Below are positions 19,152 through 28,983 of a stretch of DNA of 55,154 nucleotides, piece by piece (within the stretch, counting starts at the first letter, position 1; each line of letters starts with the position of its first letter). The position numbers were made by a program, and so were the translations under genes. Origin of the DNA: an uncultured Candidatus Saccharibacteria bacterium (GTDB lineage Bacteria; Patescibacteriota; Minisyncoccia; Phycocordibacterales; PALSA-1337); assembly GCA_964416985.1 (NCBI GenBank), contig CAYQFS010000002.1, positions 1 to 55,154 on the forward strand, read 5' to 3'. The notes under the pieces were generated by a model, which had not been told where the DNA came from, made no database searches, and saw only the letters and a list, made by a program, of their open reading frames with translations.

Positions 19152-19604
19152 ATGTTTGGAAAAAAGAAAAGTCCCGTACTCACTGCCACTACATGTACCA
19201 TGCTTGAGCAGCTTCGGCTCGCCATAGAGGTAGCCACAGGAAAAAGAACATGTTTTGTAAGTATGGATCTCAATACTTGCCGCGGTAAGGTGAGGATGGG
19301 AGATAAAGAGGAGGAAGTTACAGTTATCTATAGGAGGGATGACCTTCTCGAATTTAGTTTTGGTGCCGATAAAGATTGGCTTACGGCAGTATTTTGGAAC
19401 CATAACACGTATGTAAAGGTCGGAAGTCTGCACAATGCTTCTGTGAGATTAACGGTCGCAGGTGATTTTACGATGCAGTGGGTCGGTACCTCCATGAGTG
19501 ACCGAAAGGAAGAACCACTATTTTTTTCCGAAGCCCAATATTGTGCTAAAGTGAGGGGTTTGACCTTGGACCAATTACTTGCATCGAGGCCTGTAAATCA
19601 ATAA
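19152..19604 (+). CDS. hypothetical protein
   Basis: 150 aa ORF with TTGACT-N17-TATTAT promoter, AGGAG SD and downstream terminator. Confidence 0.65.
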   Translation: MFGKKKSPVLTATTCTMLEQLRLAIEVATGKRTCFVSMDLNTCRGKVRMGDKEEEVTVIYRRDDLLEFSFGADKDWLTAVFWNHNTYVKVGSLHNASVRLTVAGDFTMQWVGTSMSDRKEEPLFFSEAQYCAKVRGLTLDQLLASRPVNQ

Positions 19605-19649
19605 CCCGCCAGAACACAAAACCCGTCGTTCGTTTGGCGGGTTTCTTTT
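19603..19649 (+). terminator. intrinsic terminator
   Basis: AACCCGCCA...TGGCGGGTT stem then TCTTTT. Confidence 0.65.
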
Positions 19650-19782
19650 AATACCCCTGCTTCTTCGGAAGGATACCTCTTTACTTATAGGAGTAAATAT
19701 TTTAAATAAAAAACCGCACCAGAATCCCTAAAGGGGAGACTGGTGCGAGTTCTGAGTCTGAGGACAACCATTGAGACATCTA

Positions 19783-20211
19783 TCACCAATAATCATAACG
19801 ACGAGGTACGCTGTACCCAAACATTGCCGCCGCTGTTGGCCGTGGCTGGTTGAGAAAACTCAAATCCGGAGCGGTGAATTCCATGGTCTGAGCCTTCTCA
19901 GTGAGCTTCACAACGATGCGCATTTTGTCAGGCTCAAATGAGATGATTTGGAAAGCTTCGGTAAGATCAACGCACCCAATGCCTGTCCAGGTATTTTTTG
20001 TCCGGCTTGCGGCTGCATAGGCCATGGCGATGCGCTTGGCATATGTGAATGATCCTCCGAACTCTGAAGTAAATTCTCCGAGAATGCCGTCGAAGGAGAT
20101 TTTGAGACCAGCTCCGCATTCTTTGCTAAGAAGATTGGGCATTGGATCAGTAGTTGTTTGCACCAATGCAATCTTGGTCTTAGCAAGTTTCGGCTTTTTT
20201 GTTGCACTCAT
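19783..20211 (-). CDS. hypothetical protein
   Basis: 142 aa ORF, AATCAAAATTATG initiation context, terminator near 19710-19750. Confidence 0.65.
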   Translation of the reverse strand: MSATKKPKLAKTKIALVQTTTDPMPNLLSKECGAGLKISFDGILGEFTSEFGGSFTYAKRIAMAYAAASRTKNTWTGIGCVDLTEAFQIISFEPDKMRIVVKLTEKAQTMEFTAPDLSFLNQPRPTAAAMFGYSVPRRYDYW

Positions 20212-20316
20212 AATTTTGATTCACTTTCATTACTGGGTTTGACCGTCTACCCAAAACTTTACTCCTAAAGCGTTTTTTGTCAACAAATCCGCAAGATGCT
20301 AGGATAGTTAGTACAT

Positions 20317-21189
20317 ATGCATTCCATCCTCCTTTATTACAAATATATCCCTCTCGAACATCCTGAAAAAATCACCGGATTGCAGAAAGTTTTGTGTCAA
20401 AAATTAAACCTCAAGGGTCGCATCATTATTGCTAAAGAGGGAATAAATGGAACGGTAGAAGGGCTCGATCATGACATTACAACCTACATGGAAGAGACGA
20501 GGAAGATTCCTGAGTTTGCAGATATTCAATTTAAAATAAGTAAAGGAACAGGAACCGCATTTCCGAGACTCTCAGTGAAAACAAGAAATGAAATTGTAAC
20601 ACTTGGACGGCCAGAACTTTTTCCAAGGCCTGGTGAGACTGGGGCAGCGTATCTTTCGCCTGATGAACTTCATAGTTGGTTTCAAAACAAGGAGAAGGAT
20701 TTTGTAATATTTGATATGAGGAATGACTACGAATTTGAAGCGGGAAGATTTGATAATTCGGTGGTGATGCCGGTCAGATATTTTAGAGACATTCCACAAC
20801 ACGTAAGGGAGATTGAAAAAATGAAACATAAAACAGTTGTGGCTGTTTGTACAGGAGGAGTGCGTTGTGAAAAGGGAACAGCATATCTCAAAAAAGAACT
20901 CGGATTTAAGGATGTCTACCAATTACATGAGGGAATCGTGACGTATATGAACAAGTATCCACAAGGGCATTTCAAGGGATCGCTTTATGTTTTTGACAAT
21001 AGGATGACCATGAGGAGCGAAGGAATGCCGGAAGTAATTCTCGGAAAATGTGAAGGCTGTGCAGAGGCCTGTGAGCAATTTGTAAATTGTTCACTTTCAA
21101 CCTGCAGAAAGCAGTCTATTTTTTGTAATGAATGCCTCGAAAAAATGGGAGGGAAGGACAAGTGTATCTGTCGAGAGCACGTGGTATAA
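20317..21189 (+). CDS. trhO: rhodanese-domain tRNA uridine(34) hydroxylase TrhO/YceA family
   Basis: LLYYKY, LKGRIIIAKEGINGT, DMRNDYE, CTGGVRCEK, GSLYVFDNR. Confidence 0.88.
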   Translation: MHSILLYYKYIPLEHPEKITGLQKVLCQKLNLKGRIIIAKEGINGTVEGLDHDITTYMEETRKIPEFADIQFKISKGTGTAFPRLSVKTRNEIVTLGRPELFPRPGETGAAYLSPDELHSWFQNKEKDFVIFDMRNDYEFEAGRFDNSVVMPVRYFRDIPQHVREIEKMKHKTVVAVCTGGVRCEKGTAYLKKELGFKDVYQLHEGIVTYMNKYPQGHFKGSLYVFDNRMTMRSEGMPEVILGKCEGCAEACEQFVNCSLSTCRKQSIFCNECLEKMGGKDKCICREHVV

Positions 21190-21199
21190 TCACTGCATT

Positions 21200-22333
21200 A
21201 TGAAAACAACAGGATTATCAGGCAATGAAATATATTGCCTTGACAAAATTGGCTACAAAGCTGGTGATTTACTCGTGGGAAACAGCGTGCATTCATTGGG
21301 TTTGGGACGAAGTATTGGCTCAACATTTAGGGCAATCGCCGGTGGAGAAGTAACTCAGTTTACACATTTGATAGAGGAGGGTCGTGAAGCCGCTCTCATG
21401 CGAATGGAAAAGGAGGCACAAGATCGTGGAGCAGTCGGTATTACGGGGGTGACAAGTGAAATCGTCTTTCACGGAACAAATATTGAATTCCTTTCTGTTG
21501 GATCATCCCTCCATACAAAAGGAAATGATGGAACACCTGAAAAATATTCATTCAGCACTTCAGCAGATGGTCAGGATCTCTATGCTCAGGAAGATGCAGG
21601 ATATAAACCCTTAAAATTTGTCTTTGGAAATGTTGCCTATTCGATAGGAATTGCAAGCGGAATTCTTGGGGCACTCAAGACTCTCGCGAGAGGTGAGGTT
21701 CGTGAATTCTCAGATATTTTTAATAAGACACGCCATCTTGCTCTTGAACGAATTACAAATGAAGCAAAAAAAGCTGGAGCAAATGCTGTCGTCGGAATCG
21801 AGACGACCATCCTCCCGCTTATGGGCTCTGGTCTCCAGGAAATGCTCATGATCGGAACGGCAGCTCACAACCCCTATTTACCAAAGGACTCAGTCGTAAC
21901 AAGCGACCTTACACCACAAGAAATGTGGAATCTCAATAAGATGGGATATGCTCCTGAGAAAATCCTCATCGGGACGTCGGTGTATTCCCTTGGACTTGTA
22001 GGAAGCATAACATCAGCATTTAAGTCTCTCGTTAAGGGTGAAATAAAGGAACTTTCACATCTTATTTATGAAGCTCGCGAAAACGCTCTCAAAATTGTAA
22101 ATGCAGAAGCAGAAAAAATAGGTGCAGATGAGGTTGTTGGTGTAAAGACATATGTGTACCAGCTTGGTAGTGGCCTCATCGAATTTTTGGCAATTGGAAC
22201 AGCGGTCAAAAAGATTCCTGGACTCAAGAACCAGAGTGCTGAACTCGTTCCTCAGGTTTTTGCTCAGGACTGGGATACATTTGTAAACACTGCTGAGTTC
22301 AGCTTTGGCGTTGATCTCAACAAAGGAATGTAG
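21200..22333 (+). CDS. triple YbjQ/UPF0145 (heavy-metal-binding-like) domain protein
   Basis: three repeats of GE(V/I)xxF/L...R..AL.R/K...EA...GA..VVG; start 21200 after TGGTATAAT. Confidence 0.8.
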   Translation: MKTTGLSGNEIYCLDKIGYKAGDLLVGNSVHSLGLGRSIGSTFRAIAGGEVTQFTHLIEEGREAALMRMEKEAQDRGAVGITGVTSEIVFHGTNIEFLSVGSSLHTKGNDGTPEKYSFSTSADGQDLYAQEDAGYKPLKFVFGNVAYSIGIASGILGALKTLARGEVREFSDIFNKTRHLALERITNEAKKAGANAVVGIETTILPLMGSGLQEMLMIGTAAHNPYLPKDSVVTSDLTPQEMWNLNKMGYAPEKILIGTSVYSLGLVGSITSAFKSLVKGEIKELSHLIYEARENALKIVNAEAEKIGADEVVGVKTYVYQLGSGLIEFLAIGTAVKKIPGLKNQSAELVPQVFAQDWDTFVNTAEFSFGVDLNKGM

Positions 22334-22345
22334 TAGCATTTGACT

Positions 22346-22492
22346 ATGGAAATCATAGAAACGATCTGGGAAATCCTCTTTAAAGCGATAAAGTTCCTTC
22401 TGTGGGTACTCGTGGGAGTTCTTGTTCTTCCATGTGTGTTTGTTTCCGGTATTCTCTATCCAAAGTGGGAAAAGTGGGGAGAAAAATTCTAG
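22346..22492 (+). CDS. small membrane protein (48 aa), not in ORF track
   Basis: MEIIETIWEILFKAIKFLLWVLVGVLVLPCVFVSGILYPKWEKWGEKF fills the gap between genes. Confidence 0.6.
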   Translation: MEIIETIWEILFKAIKFLLWVLVGVLVLPCVFVSGILYPKWEKWGEKF

Positions 22493-22507
22493 AGCATCTA
22501 CTACAGA

Positions 22508-23881
22508 ATGACACCGACAATCTTTATCATTTTTGGAATCACCGGAGACCTTTCGGGGAGAAAACTTCTTCCGTCACTTTTAAATTTGTATGTAAAAAAG
22601 CAGCTTCCTGCAAAGTTTGCTATTGTCGGTTTTTCTCGCCGTTCATTTACCCGTGAAGAGTTTCGTGAATACATTCGCAGTCACATGAAGGTGAAGCCCG
22701 GTGAATATCGCGAAGAGGAGATCAAACATTTTCTCGATCATATGTACTACGAGCAGGGGATGTTTGACGATGCACGCTCGTATGCGTCTCTTGCAGGCCG
22801 GCTCAAGATTCTTGATGATAATTTTCATCAGTGTTCAAACAAACTCTTTCATCTTGCCGTTGCTCCGACATTCTACGAGACAATTCTCACTCATCTCTCG
22901 AACTCTGGCCTTACCGTTCCATGTGGGGGAAATGAGGGCTGGACTCGCGTGCTTGTTGAAAAGCCTTTTGGAAATGATATTGAAACCGCCAGAGCTCTCG
23001 ACAAAAAACTCGCGGATCTTTTTGATGAAACGCAGATTTTCCGCATTGACCACTACCTTGCAAAAGAAGCGCTCCAGAATATTATGGCTTTTCGATTTAC
23101 AAACTCTCTCTTTGAGCCTCTCTGGAAAAAAGAGCATATCGACGCCGTTCACATTAAACTTTTTGAAAAAATCGCAATTGAAGGTCGAGGAAGCTTTTAT
23201 GATGATGTGGGAGCTCTGAAAGATGTTGGACAAAACCACATTCTTCAGATGCTTGCCGTCATTGCAATGGAGCAGCCAAAAACTCTCGACGCTGTTTCAA
23301 TTCGAAAAGAGCGTGCAAAAGTCCTTGGCCAGCTCACTCCGATTACTGCAAAAAATATACGAGATGTAGGAATTCGTGGTCAGTACGAGGGTTATGTCAA
23401 TGAAAACGGAGTACGCAGAAACAGTCAGACTGAGACATATTTTCGTCTTGAAACATATGTAAATAGTCCGCGTTGGAAAAAGGTCCCTTTTTATCTCGAA
23501 AGTGGTAAGTCACTTGCAGAAAACAAATCGGAAATCGATGTCTATTTCAAAAATGAAAAGGATCCAGAGAAACAGAACATTCTCACGTTTCGCATTCAGC
23601 CTGATGAGGGAATTAAGATTCGTTTTTGGGTAAAGACCCCAGGCTTTGACATGAAAGTCGAGCCGAAGACTCTCAAATTTAAGTATGCTGATTTTGCATC
23701 TCTCCAGCTCCTTCCTGATGCATATGAGCGTGTGCTCTTCGATGCCATCATGGGGGATCAGACACTTTTTACCTCGACCGATGAAGTGCTTGCCGCCTGG
23801 AAATTCATTACGCCAATTGTTGGTGCGTGGAGCAAGGTACCTTTGACGATATATAAAAAGGGTGCCCAAAGTGTGGTATAG
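22508..23881 (+). CDS. zwf: glucose-6-phosphate 1-dehydrogenase
   Basis: GITGDLS, EKPFG, RIDHYLAKE, DVGQNH, AYERVL. Confidence 0.97.
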   Translation: MTPTIFIIFGITGDLSGRKLLPSLLNLYVKKQLPAKFAIVGFSRRSFTREEFREYIRSHMKVKPGEYREEEIKHFLDHMYYEQGMFDDARSYASLAGRLKILDDNFHQCSNKLFHLAVAPTFYETILTHLSNSGLTVPCGGNEGWTRVLVEKPFGNDIETARALDKKLADLFDETQIFRIDHYLAKEALQNIMAFRFTNSLFEPLWKKEHIDAVHIKLFEKIAIEGRGSFYDDVGALKDVGQNHILQMLAVIAMEQPKTLDAVSIRKERAKVLGQLTPITAKNIRDVGIRGQYEGYVNENGVRRNSQTETYFRLETYVNSPRWKKVPFYLESGKSLAENKSEIDVYFKNEKDPEKQNILTFRIQPDEGIKIRFWVKTPGFDMKVEPKTLKFKYADFASLQLLPDAYERVLFDAIMGDQTLFTSTDEVLAAWKFITPIVGAWSKVPLTIYKKGAQSVV

Positions 23882-23911
23882 TTTCAGAAATTAAAATTAA
23901 TTATAGAAAAT

Positions 23912-24139
23912 ATGTTTGGAAACTTTCTAATGAAAGCAATGCTTAAGAAGCAGATGAAGGGAATGCCTGAGGAACAGCAGGAATATTTTTTGACTTTGAT
24001 TGAAAAGAATCCTGATTTCTTTATGAAAATTGCACAAGAAGTGCAGGAAAAGACAAAGGGAGGAATGTCTCAGAATGATGCGATGATGATGGTGATGAAA
24101 AACCACGAGGCGGAATTGAAGGAGATTGTTAAAAAATAG
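23912..24139 (+). CDS. small hypothetical helical protein
   Basis: 75 aa K/E/M/Q-rich ORF with AT-rich leader. Confidence 0.75.
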   Translation: MFGNFLMKAMLKKQMKGMPEEQQEYFLTLIEKNPDFFMKIAQEVQEKTKGGMSQNDAMMMVMKNHEAELKEIVKK

Positions 24140-24286
24140 TTAAGACACACTTCCTACACTTTTCTATCTTGATTTTTTGCTGTCGCTTTTGATATTATTA
24201 CTCACAACACAACCACTACGTTTATTACAGTACCGATTGAGGTATTGTCCAGCATTAGTTTTATCAATCGTTAGCGCACAATACCC

Positions 24287-24673
24287 ATGATAGAAGAAAA
24301 AGAACCACCATATTTTAAAGAGTTCAGGAATCTTGTTGTAAAGAGGTTTGATCAATTGGAAGTAAAAATAGAGAAAGAAGTAGAAAGTCTCGCTCTTTCG
24401 ACCGCAAATCAATTTAAAAGAATAGATGAACGGTTTGATGAAATAGATCTTAGATTTGATGGAGTAGATCAAAGATTAGATCGGCTAGAGATAAGAATCG
24501 AGGCGGTAGAAAATGTCTGTGACGGTCTTGTCCATAACATGGCTGGAATAAAGAAAAATATAGAGATGATAGAAGTATACATTGGTGGGTACGAGGTAAG
24601 AGCCACTAACTTTGAACAAATTGTTTTGCAGGATTTAAGACCTAGGATTGTCGCTCTTGAGAAATTGGCCTAA
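24287..24673 (+). CDS. coiled-coil hypothetical protein
   Basis: heptad-like RFD/RID/RLD repeats. Confidence 0.7.
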   Translation: MIEEKEPPYFKEFRNLVVKRFDQLEVKIEKEVESLALSTANQFKRIDERFDEIDLRFDGVDQRLDRLEIRIEAVENVCDGLVHNMAGIKKNIEMIEVYIGGYEVRATNFEQIVLQDLRPRIVALEKLA

Positions 24674-24694
24674 CGATGCTACAGTTCTTGCACT

Positions 24695-25792
24695 ATGAGT
24701 CTTTCCATCGGCATCGTCGGCCTTCCGAATGTGGGCAAATCGACTCTCTTTAATGCTCTTACAAAAAAGAGCGTGCTTGTTGCAAACTATCCTTTTGCGA
24801 CGATTGACCCCTCAGTTGGAGTCGTAGCTGTTCCTGACGAGCGACTTTGGAAGCTTTCTGAATTTTCAAAGACCCAAAAAACTGTTCCGGCAGTCGTGGA
24901 GTTTGTTGATATTGCTGGACTTGTCAAAGGAGCATCCGACGGAGAAGGTCTCGGAAACCAATTTCTTTCTAATATTCGTGAGACAGATGCTATTGCTGAA
25001 GTCGTAAGAATTTTTGAAGATGACAATATTATCCATGTTGATGGAAAAATAAATCCCATTAAGGATATTGAGGTAATTAATCTTGAACTCATTCTTGCTG
25101 ATCTTCAGACAGTTACAAAACGTCTTGCAAATCTCAACAAAGAAGTCAAAGCAGGTAAAAAAGAGGCCATTATCGAAAATGGACTCGTTGAACGGATCAA
25201 AATTGCACTCGAGGCTGGAAAGCTCGCATCGACTGTTGAGGCAAATGAATTTGAAAAGCCATTTTTGAAATCACTCCACCTCCTCACTTCAAAACCATTT
25301 ATGTATATTTTGAATAAGAAAGCAGGAGGGAAGAATCTTGATGAAATGAATGATGAACGCTACAAAGCCCTTATTTCATTTTTTGCTGACAACAAAGCAA
25401 AATGGGTAATCGTTGACGCTGGAATTGAACATGAACTTAAAGACATTGATGATAAAGATAAAAAAGAACTGAGGGAGGGTCTTGGTTCAAAGGATGACGG
25501 AATCGATGATCTCATTAAAAAAGGTTACGAACTTTTGAATCTTATTACCTATTTTACAACTGGCGAAAAGGAGACACGAGCCTGGACGATCGGTCGTGGC
25601 TGGACTGCACCTGAGGCTGGGACTGCTATTCATGGAGATTTTAAGGATAAATTTATTCGGGCAGAAGTCATTGAGTGGGACAAACTGATCGAATCGGGAT
25701 CATTTGGCGCTGCGCGCGAAAAAGGGCTTTTGAGGACGGAGGGGAAAGAGTATGTGGTGAAGGATGGGGATGTGATGGAGTTTAAGATCTAG
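24695..25792 (+). CDS. ychF: redox-regulated ATPase YchF
   Basis: GLPNVGKSTLFN, NYPFATI, DIAGLVKGAS, TGS domain ending YVVKDGDV. Confidence 0.97.
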   Translation: MSLSIGIVGLPNVGKSTLFNALTKKSVLVANYPFATIDPSVGVVAVPDERLWKLSEFSKTQKTVPAVVEFVDIAGLVKGASDGEGLGNQFLSNIRETDAIAEVVRIFEDDNIIHVDGKINPIKDIEVINLELILADLQTVTKRLANLNKEVKAGKKEAIIENGLVERIKIALEAGKLASTVEANEFEKPFLKSLHLLTSKPFMYILNKKAGGKNLDEMNDERYKALISFFADNKAKWVIVDAGIEHELKDIDDKDKKELREGLGSKDDGIDDLIKKGYELLNLITYFTTGEKETRAWTIGRGWTAPEAGTAIHGDFKDKFIRAEVIEWDKLIESGSFGAAREKGLLRTEGKEYVVKDGDVMEFKI

Positions 25793-25869
25793 GCACCTTG
25801 CAAAAACTGCGTTTTCTGGTACTCTTTCGGGGACGTATTTCTGCTCTTTAACCCAAATCTATTCCGCCT

Positions 25870-25971
25870 ATGACGACATCTCGACGTACAAGGATGGGCG
25901 TTGGTCTGCTCATTATCTCGTTGGTTCTGCTTGCTTGGGTGGTTGTTATTGCAAAAGCATTCAGTAAGTGA
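25870..25971 (+). CDS. putative 33-aa single-TM peptide
   Basis: MTTSRRTRMGVGLLIISLVLLAWVVVIAKAFSK with upstream promoter-like sequence and hairpin at 25979-26022. Confidence 0.45.
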   Translation: MTTSRRTRMGVGLLIISLVLLAWVVVIAKAFSK

Positions 25972-26043
25972 TCAAATAAACCCCGCTAGATCTGTACAGG
26001 TTTCTGTACTCTAGTGGGGTTTTGTTATATGATACTCATCACT

Positions 26044-28887
26044 ATGACCCCGTATGACCACAGCAAAATTGAGAAGAAATGGCAGAAGTATTGGGAAGCA
26101 AAGAAACTGTACAAGGCAAGCGACACATCCAAGGCAAAGAAATTCTATGCACTCATCGAATTTCCATATCCATCAGGAGATGGACTCCATGTTGGACACA
26201 TCAGAAGCAACACGGCCATGGATGTCATTTCAAGAAAGCGCCGAGCAGAAGGATACAATGTACTCTATCCAATTGGCTGGGATGCATTTGGACTTCCGAC
26301 AGAAAATTATGCAATTAAGACAGGAATTCAGCCTGCAGTCGTAACAAAAAGGAACACCGCAACATTTCGAAAGCAGCTTAAGGCACTCGGCTTCTCATTT
26401 GACTGGTCGCGGGAGATAGATACGACGGATCCAAAATACTACAAATGGACACAATGGATTTTCTTGCAGTTTTTGAAGAAAGGACTCGCATACAAAAAAA
26501 AGATGACGATCAATTGGTGTCCAAAGGATTTAATCGGCCTTGCAAACGAGGAAGTTGTGAACGGCTGTTGTGAACGCTGTGGTACAAAAGTTGAGAAAAA
26601 AGAAAAGGAACAATGGATGCTTGCCATTACAAAGTACGCAGACCGACTCGACAAGGATCTCGATGAGACGGAATTTCTCGAGAAAATAAAAATCCAACAG
26701 CGAAATTGGATTGGTAAGAGCGAGGGGGCAGAAATTGAATTTGAAATAAAGGGAAGAGACAAGAAGATAAAGGTCTTTACCACTCGACCAGATACGATTT
26801 TTGGTGTTACGTATGTTGTTCTTGCTCCTGAACATGAATATGTAAAAGAACTCAGTGCTTCAGCTGCAAATAATTCCGAAATTGAATCATATATAAAAGG
26901 AGTAAAGACAAAATCGGATATTGAGAGAACTGATGCGACTTCATTAAAAACTGGTGTGCAAATAAAAGGCGTTAGTGCTCTACATCCTGCCACAAAAGAA
27001 GAAATTCCAGTCTGGATTGCTGACTATGTTCTTGCTGACTATGGAACGGGAGCTGTAATGGCTGTTCCGGCACACGATGAGCGAGATGGAGCCTTCGCAA
27101 AGAAATATAAATTGCCCGTGAAGCAGGTTATCGAGCCACTCTATATTAAAAAGGACGGGGTTGATGCTGTAAAAGAAGGAAAACCGTTTGTGGAAAGGGA
27201 AGCTGCAATTTGTATCGTAAAGCACTGGTCTGAGGATAAGTATCTTTGTTCAAAATGGAAAACAAATGACTGGAGGGGATTTGTTATTGGAGGAATTGAA
27301 CGGGGAGAAAATGAGGGAGTGGCTGCTGTAAGAGAGCTCGCGGAAGAGACAGGATATATTAATGGGAAATACATAAGGACTCTCGGAAAATTTCATTCAA
27401 AGTTTTGGCATGATGTAAAAGCAGTCAATCGTCACGCGCATTTTAAAGTTGTATATATTGAACTTCAAAGTAATGCACGACAGGTGGTAGCAGAAGAAGA
27501 AAAGAAGCTTCATGATATCGAGTGGGTTTCAAAAAAAGAGGTGAGGGATTTTATCAATCGCCCTGATCTTAAATATTCCTGGGATCTTTTTGCTTCTTCC
27601 TATGTTGCCTATGCTGGCGATGGAATTCTCATTAATTCTAGTGATTTCAACGGAAAAGAATCTCAGACTGTTCACAAAGAAATTACAGAATTTGCCCAAG
27701 GAAAGTGGGTTACCAAGTTCAAACTTCGCGACTGGATCTTTTCACGTCAGAGATATTGGGGTGAGCCGATCCCAGTTGTTCACTGCGAAAAATGCGGAAT
27801 CGTCCCATTGCCTGAAAAAGAATTACCTCTCAAGTTACCAAAAGTAAAAAACTATCAGCCAACAGAAACAGGAGAATCGCCCCTTGCAACGATTTCAAAA
27901 TGGGTAACTACAAAGTGTCCAACATGCAAAGGACCGGCACGACGAGAGACCGACACTATGCCAAACTGGGCAGGATCAAGTTGGTATTACTTGCGTTACA
28001 TTGATCCAAAAAATACAAAGGCATTTGCTGACCCGGAGAAAATAAACTACTGGACGCCGGTTGACTGGTACAACGGAGGAATGGAACACACGACACTCCA
28101 CCTTCTTTACTCGCGATTTTGGCACAAATTTCTCTTTGACCTCGGACTTGTACCGACCTCTGAACCATACAAAAAAAGAACATCTCACGGACTTATCCTT
28201 GCTTCTGGAGGAGAGAAGATGTCAAAGTCAAAAGGTAATGTCATTAACCCTGATTCAATTGTAAAAACCGTCGGGGCTGATGCCTTGCGTGTATACGAAA
28301 TGTTCATGGGGCCTTTTGATCAGCATATTGCCTGGGATACCAACAACATTGCCGGATCTCGACGATTTATCGAGCGAGTTTGGAAACTTGCCGAGAGAGT
28401 TGGTTCTCCAACAGCCGAAAGTGCTCTAAAAGTTGATGCAATTATTCACAAGACGATCAAAAAAGTCTCTGATGATATTGAGGAGATGAAATTTAATACA
28501 GCAATTAGCGCGATGATGATTGCTGTAAATGAACTTGAAAAAGAGACAGTTATTTCGCCAGATTCGTACAGAATTCTCGTAAAACTTTTCTCACCATTTG
28601 CACCACATGCTGCAGAAGAGCTCTGGGCAGGGCAAAAGGAGAAAAAGTCGGTGCACGTAGCTCCCTGGCCAGTTTTTGACCCTTCAAAGGTGGTCGAAAG
28701 CTCGGTAAAGATCGTCGTTCAGATCAATGGAAAGGTCCGTGCAGAGTTTGAGATGGCTGCAGGGGCTTCAGATGATGAAATCAAGAAGGTCGCCCTTGAG
28801 CGTCCTGAGATAGCAAAATGGATAGAGGGGAAGGAGATCAAAAAGGTCATCGCAATAAAGGGAAGGCTTGTCAATATCGCGGTATAG
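26044..28887 (+). CDS. leuS: leucine--tRNA ligase with inserted NUDIX domain
   Basis: HVGH, GWDAFGLP, editing motifs FTTRPDT and GTGAVMAVPAHDERD, KMSKS; start refined to ATG 26044. Confidence 0.97.
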   Translation: MTPYDHSKIEKKWQKYWEAKKLYKASDTSKAKKFYALIEFPYPSGDGLHVGHIRSNTAMDVISRKRRAEGYNVLYPIGWDAFGLPTENYAIKTGIQPAVVTKRNTATFRKQLKALGFSFDWSREIDTTDPKYYKWTQWIFLQFLKKGLAYKKKMTINWCPKDLIGLANEEVVNGCCERCGTKVEKKEKEQWMLAITKYADRLDKDLDETEFLEKIKIQQRNWIGKSEGAEIEFEIKGRDKKIKVFTTRPDTIFGVTYVVLAPEHEYVKELSASAANNSEIESYIKGVKTKSDIERTDATSLKTGVQIKGVSALHPATKEEIPVWIADYVLADYGTGAVMAVPAHDERDGAFAKKYKLPVKQVIEPLYIKKDGVDAVKEGKPFVEREAAICIVKHWSEDKYLCSKWKTNDWRGFVIGGIERGENEGVAAVRELAEETGYINGKYIRTLGKFHSKFWHDVKAVNRHAHFKVVYIELQSNARQVVAEEEKKLHDIEWVSKKEVRDFINRPDLKYSWDLFASSYVAYAGDGILINSSDFNGKESQTVHKEITEFAQGKWVTKFKLRDWIFSRQRYWGEPIPVVHCEKCGIVPLPEKELPLKLPKVKNYQPTETGESPLATISKWVTTKCPTCKGPARRETDTMPNWAGSSWYYLRYIDPKNTKAFADPEKINYWTPVDWYNGGMEHTTLHLLYSRFWHKFLFDLGLVPTSEPYKKRTSHGLILASGGEKMSKSKGNVINPDSIVKTVGADALRVYEMFMGPFDQHIAWDTNNIAGSRRFIERVWKLAERVGSPTAESALKVDAIIHKTIKKVSDDIEEMKFNTAISAMMIAVNELEKETVISPDSYRILVKLFSPFAPHAAEELWAGQKEKKSVHVAPWPVFDPSKVVESSVKIVVQINGKVRAEFEMAAGASDDEIKKVALERPEIAKWIEGKEIKKVIAIKGRLVNIAV
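27139..27606 (+). other. NUDIX hydrolase domain inserted in LeuRS
   Basis: exact GX5EX7REUXEEXGU box GGIERGENEGVAAVRELAEETGY at 27289-27357. Confidence 0.88.
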
Positions 28888-28983
28888 GGGCAATTTAAGA
28901 TGAGATTAATCATTAATACACCAAACAGTTGACTTATATACAAGAAGGTGATAAAACATAGATATCTAATTACACAATAATCC

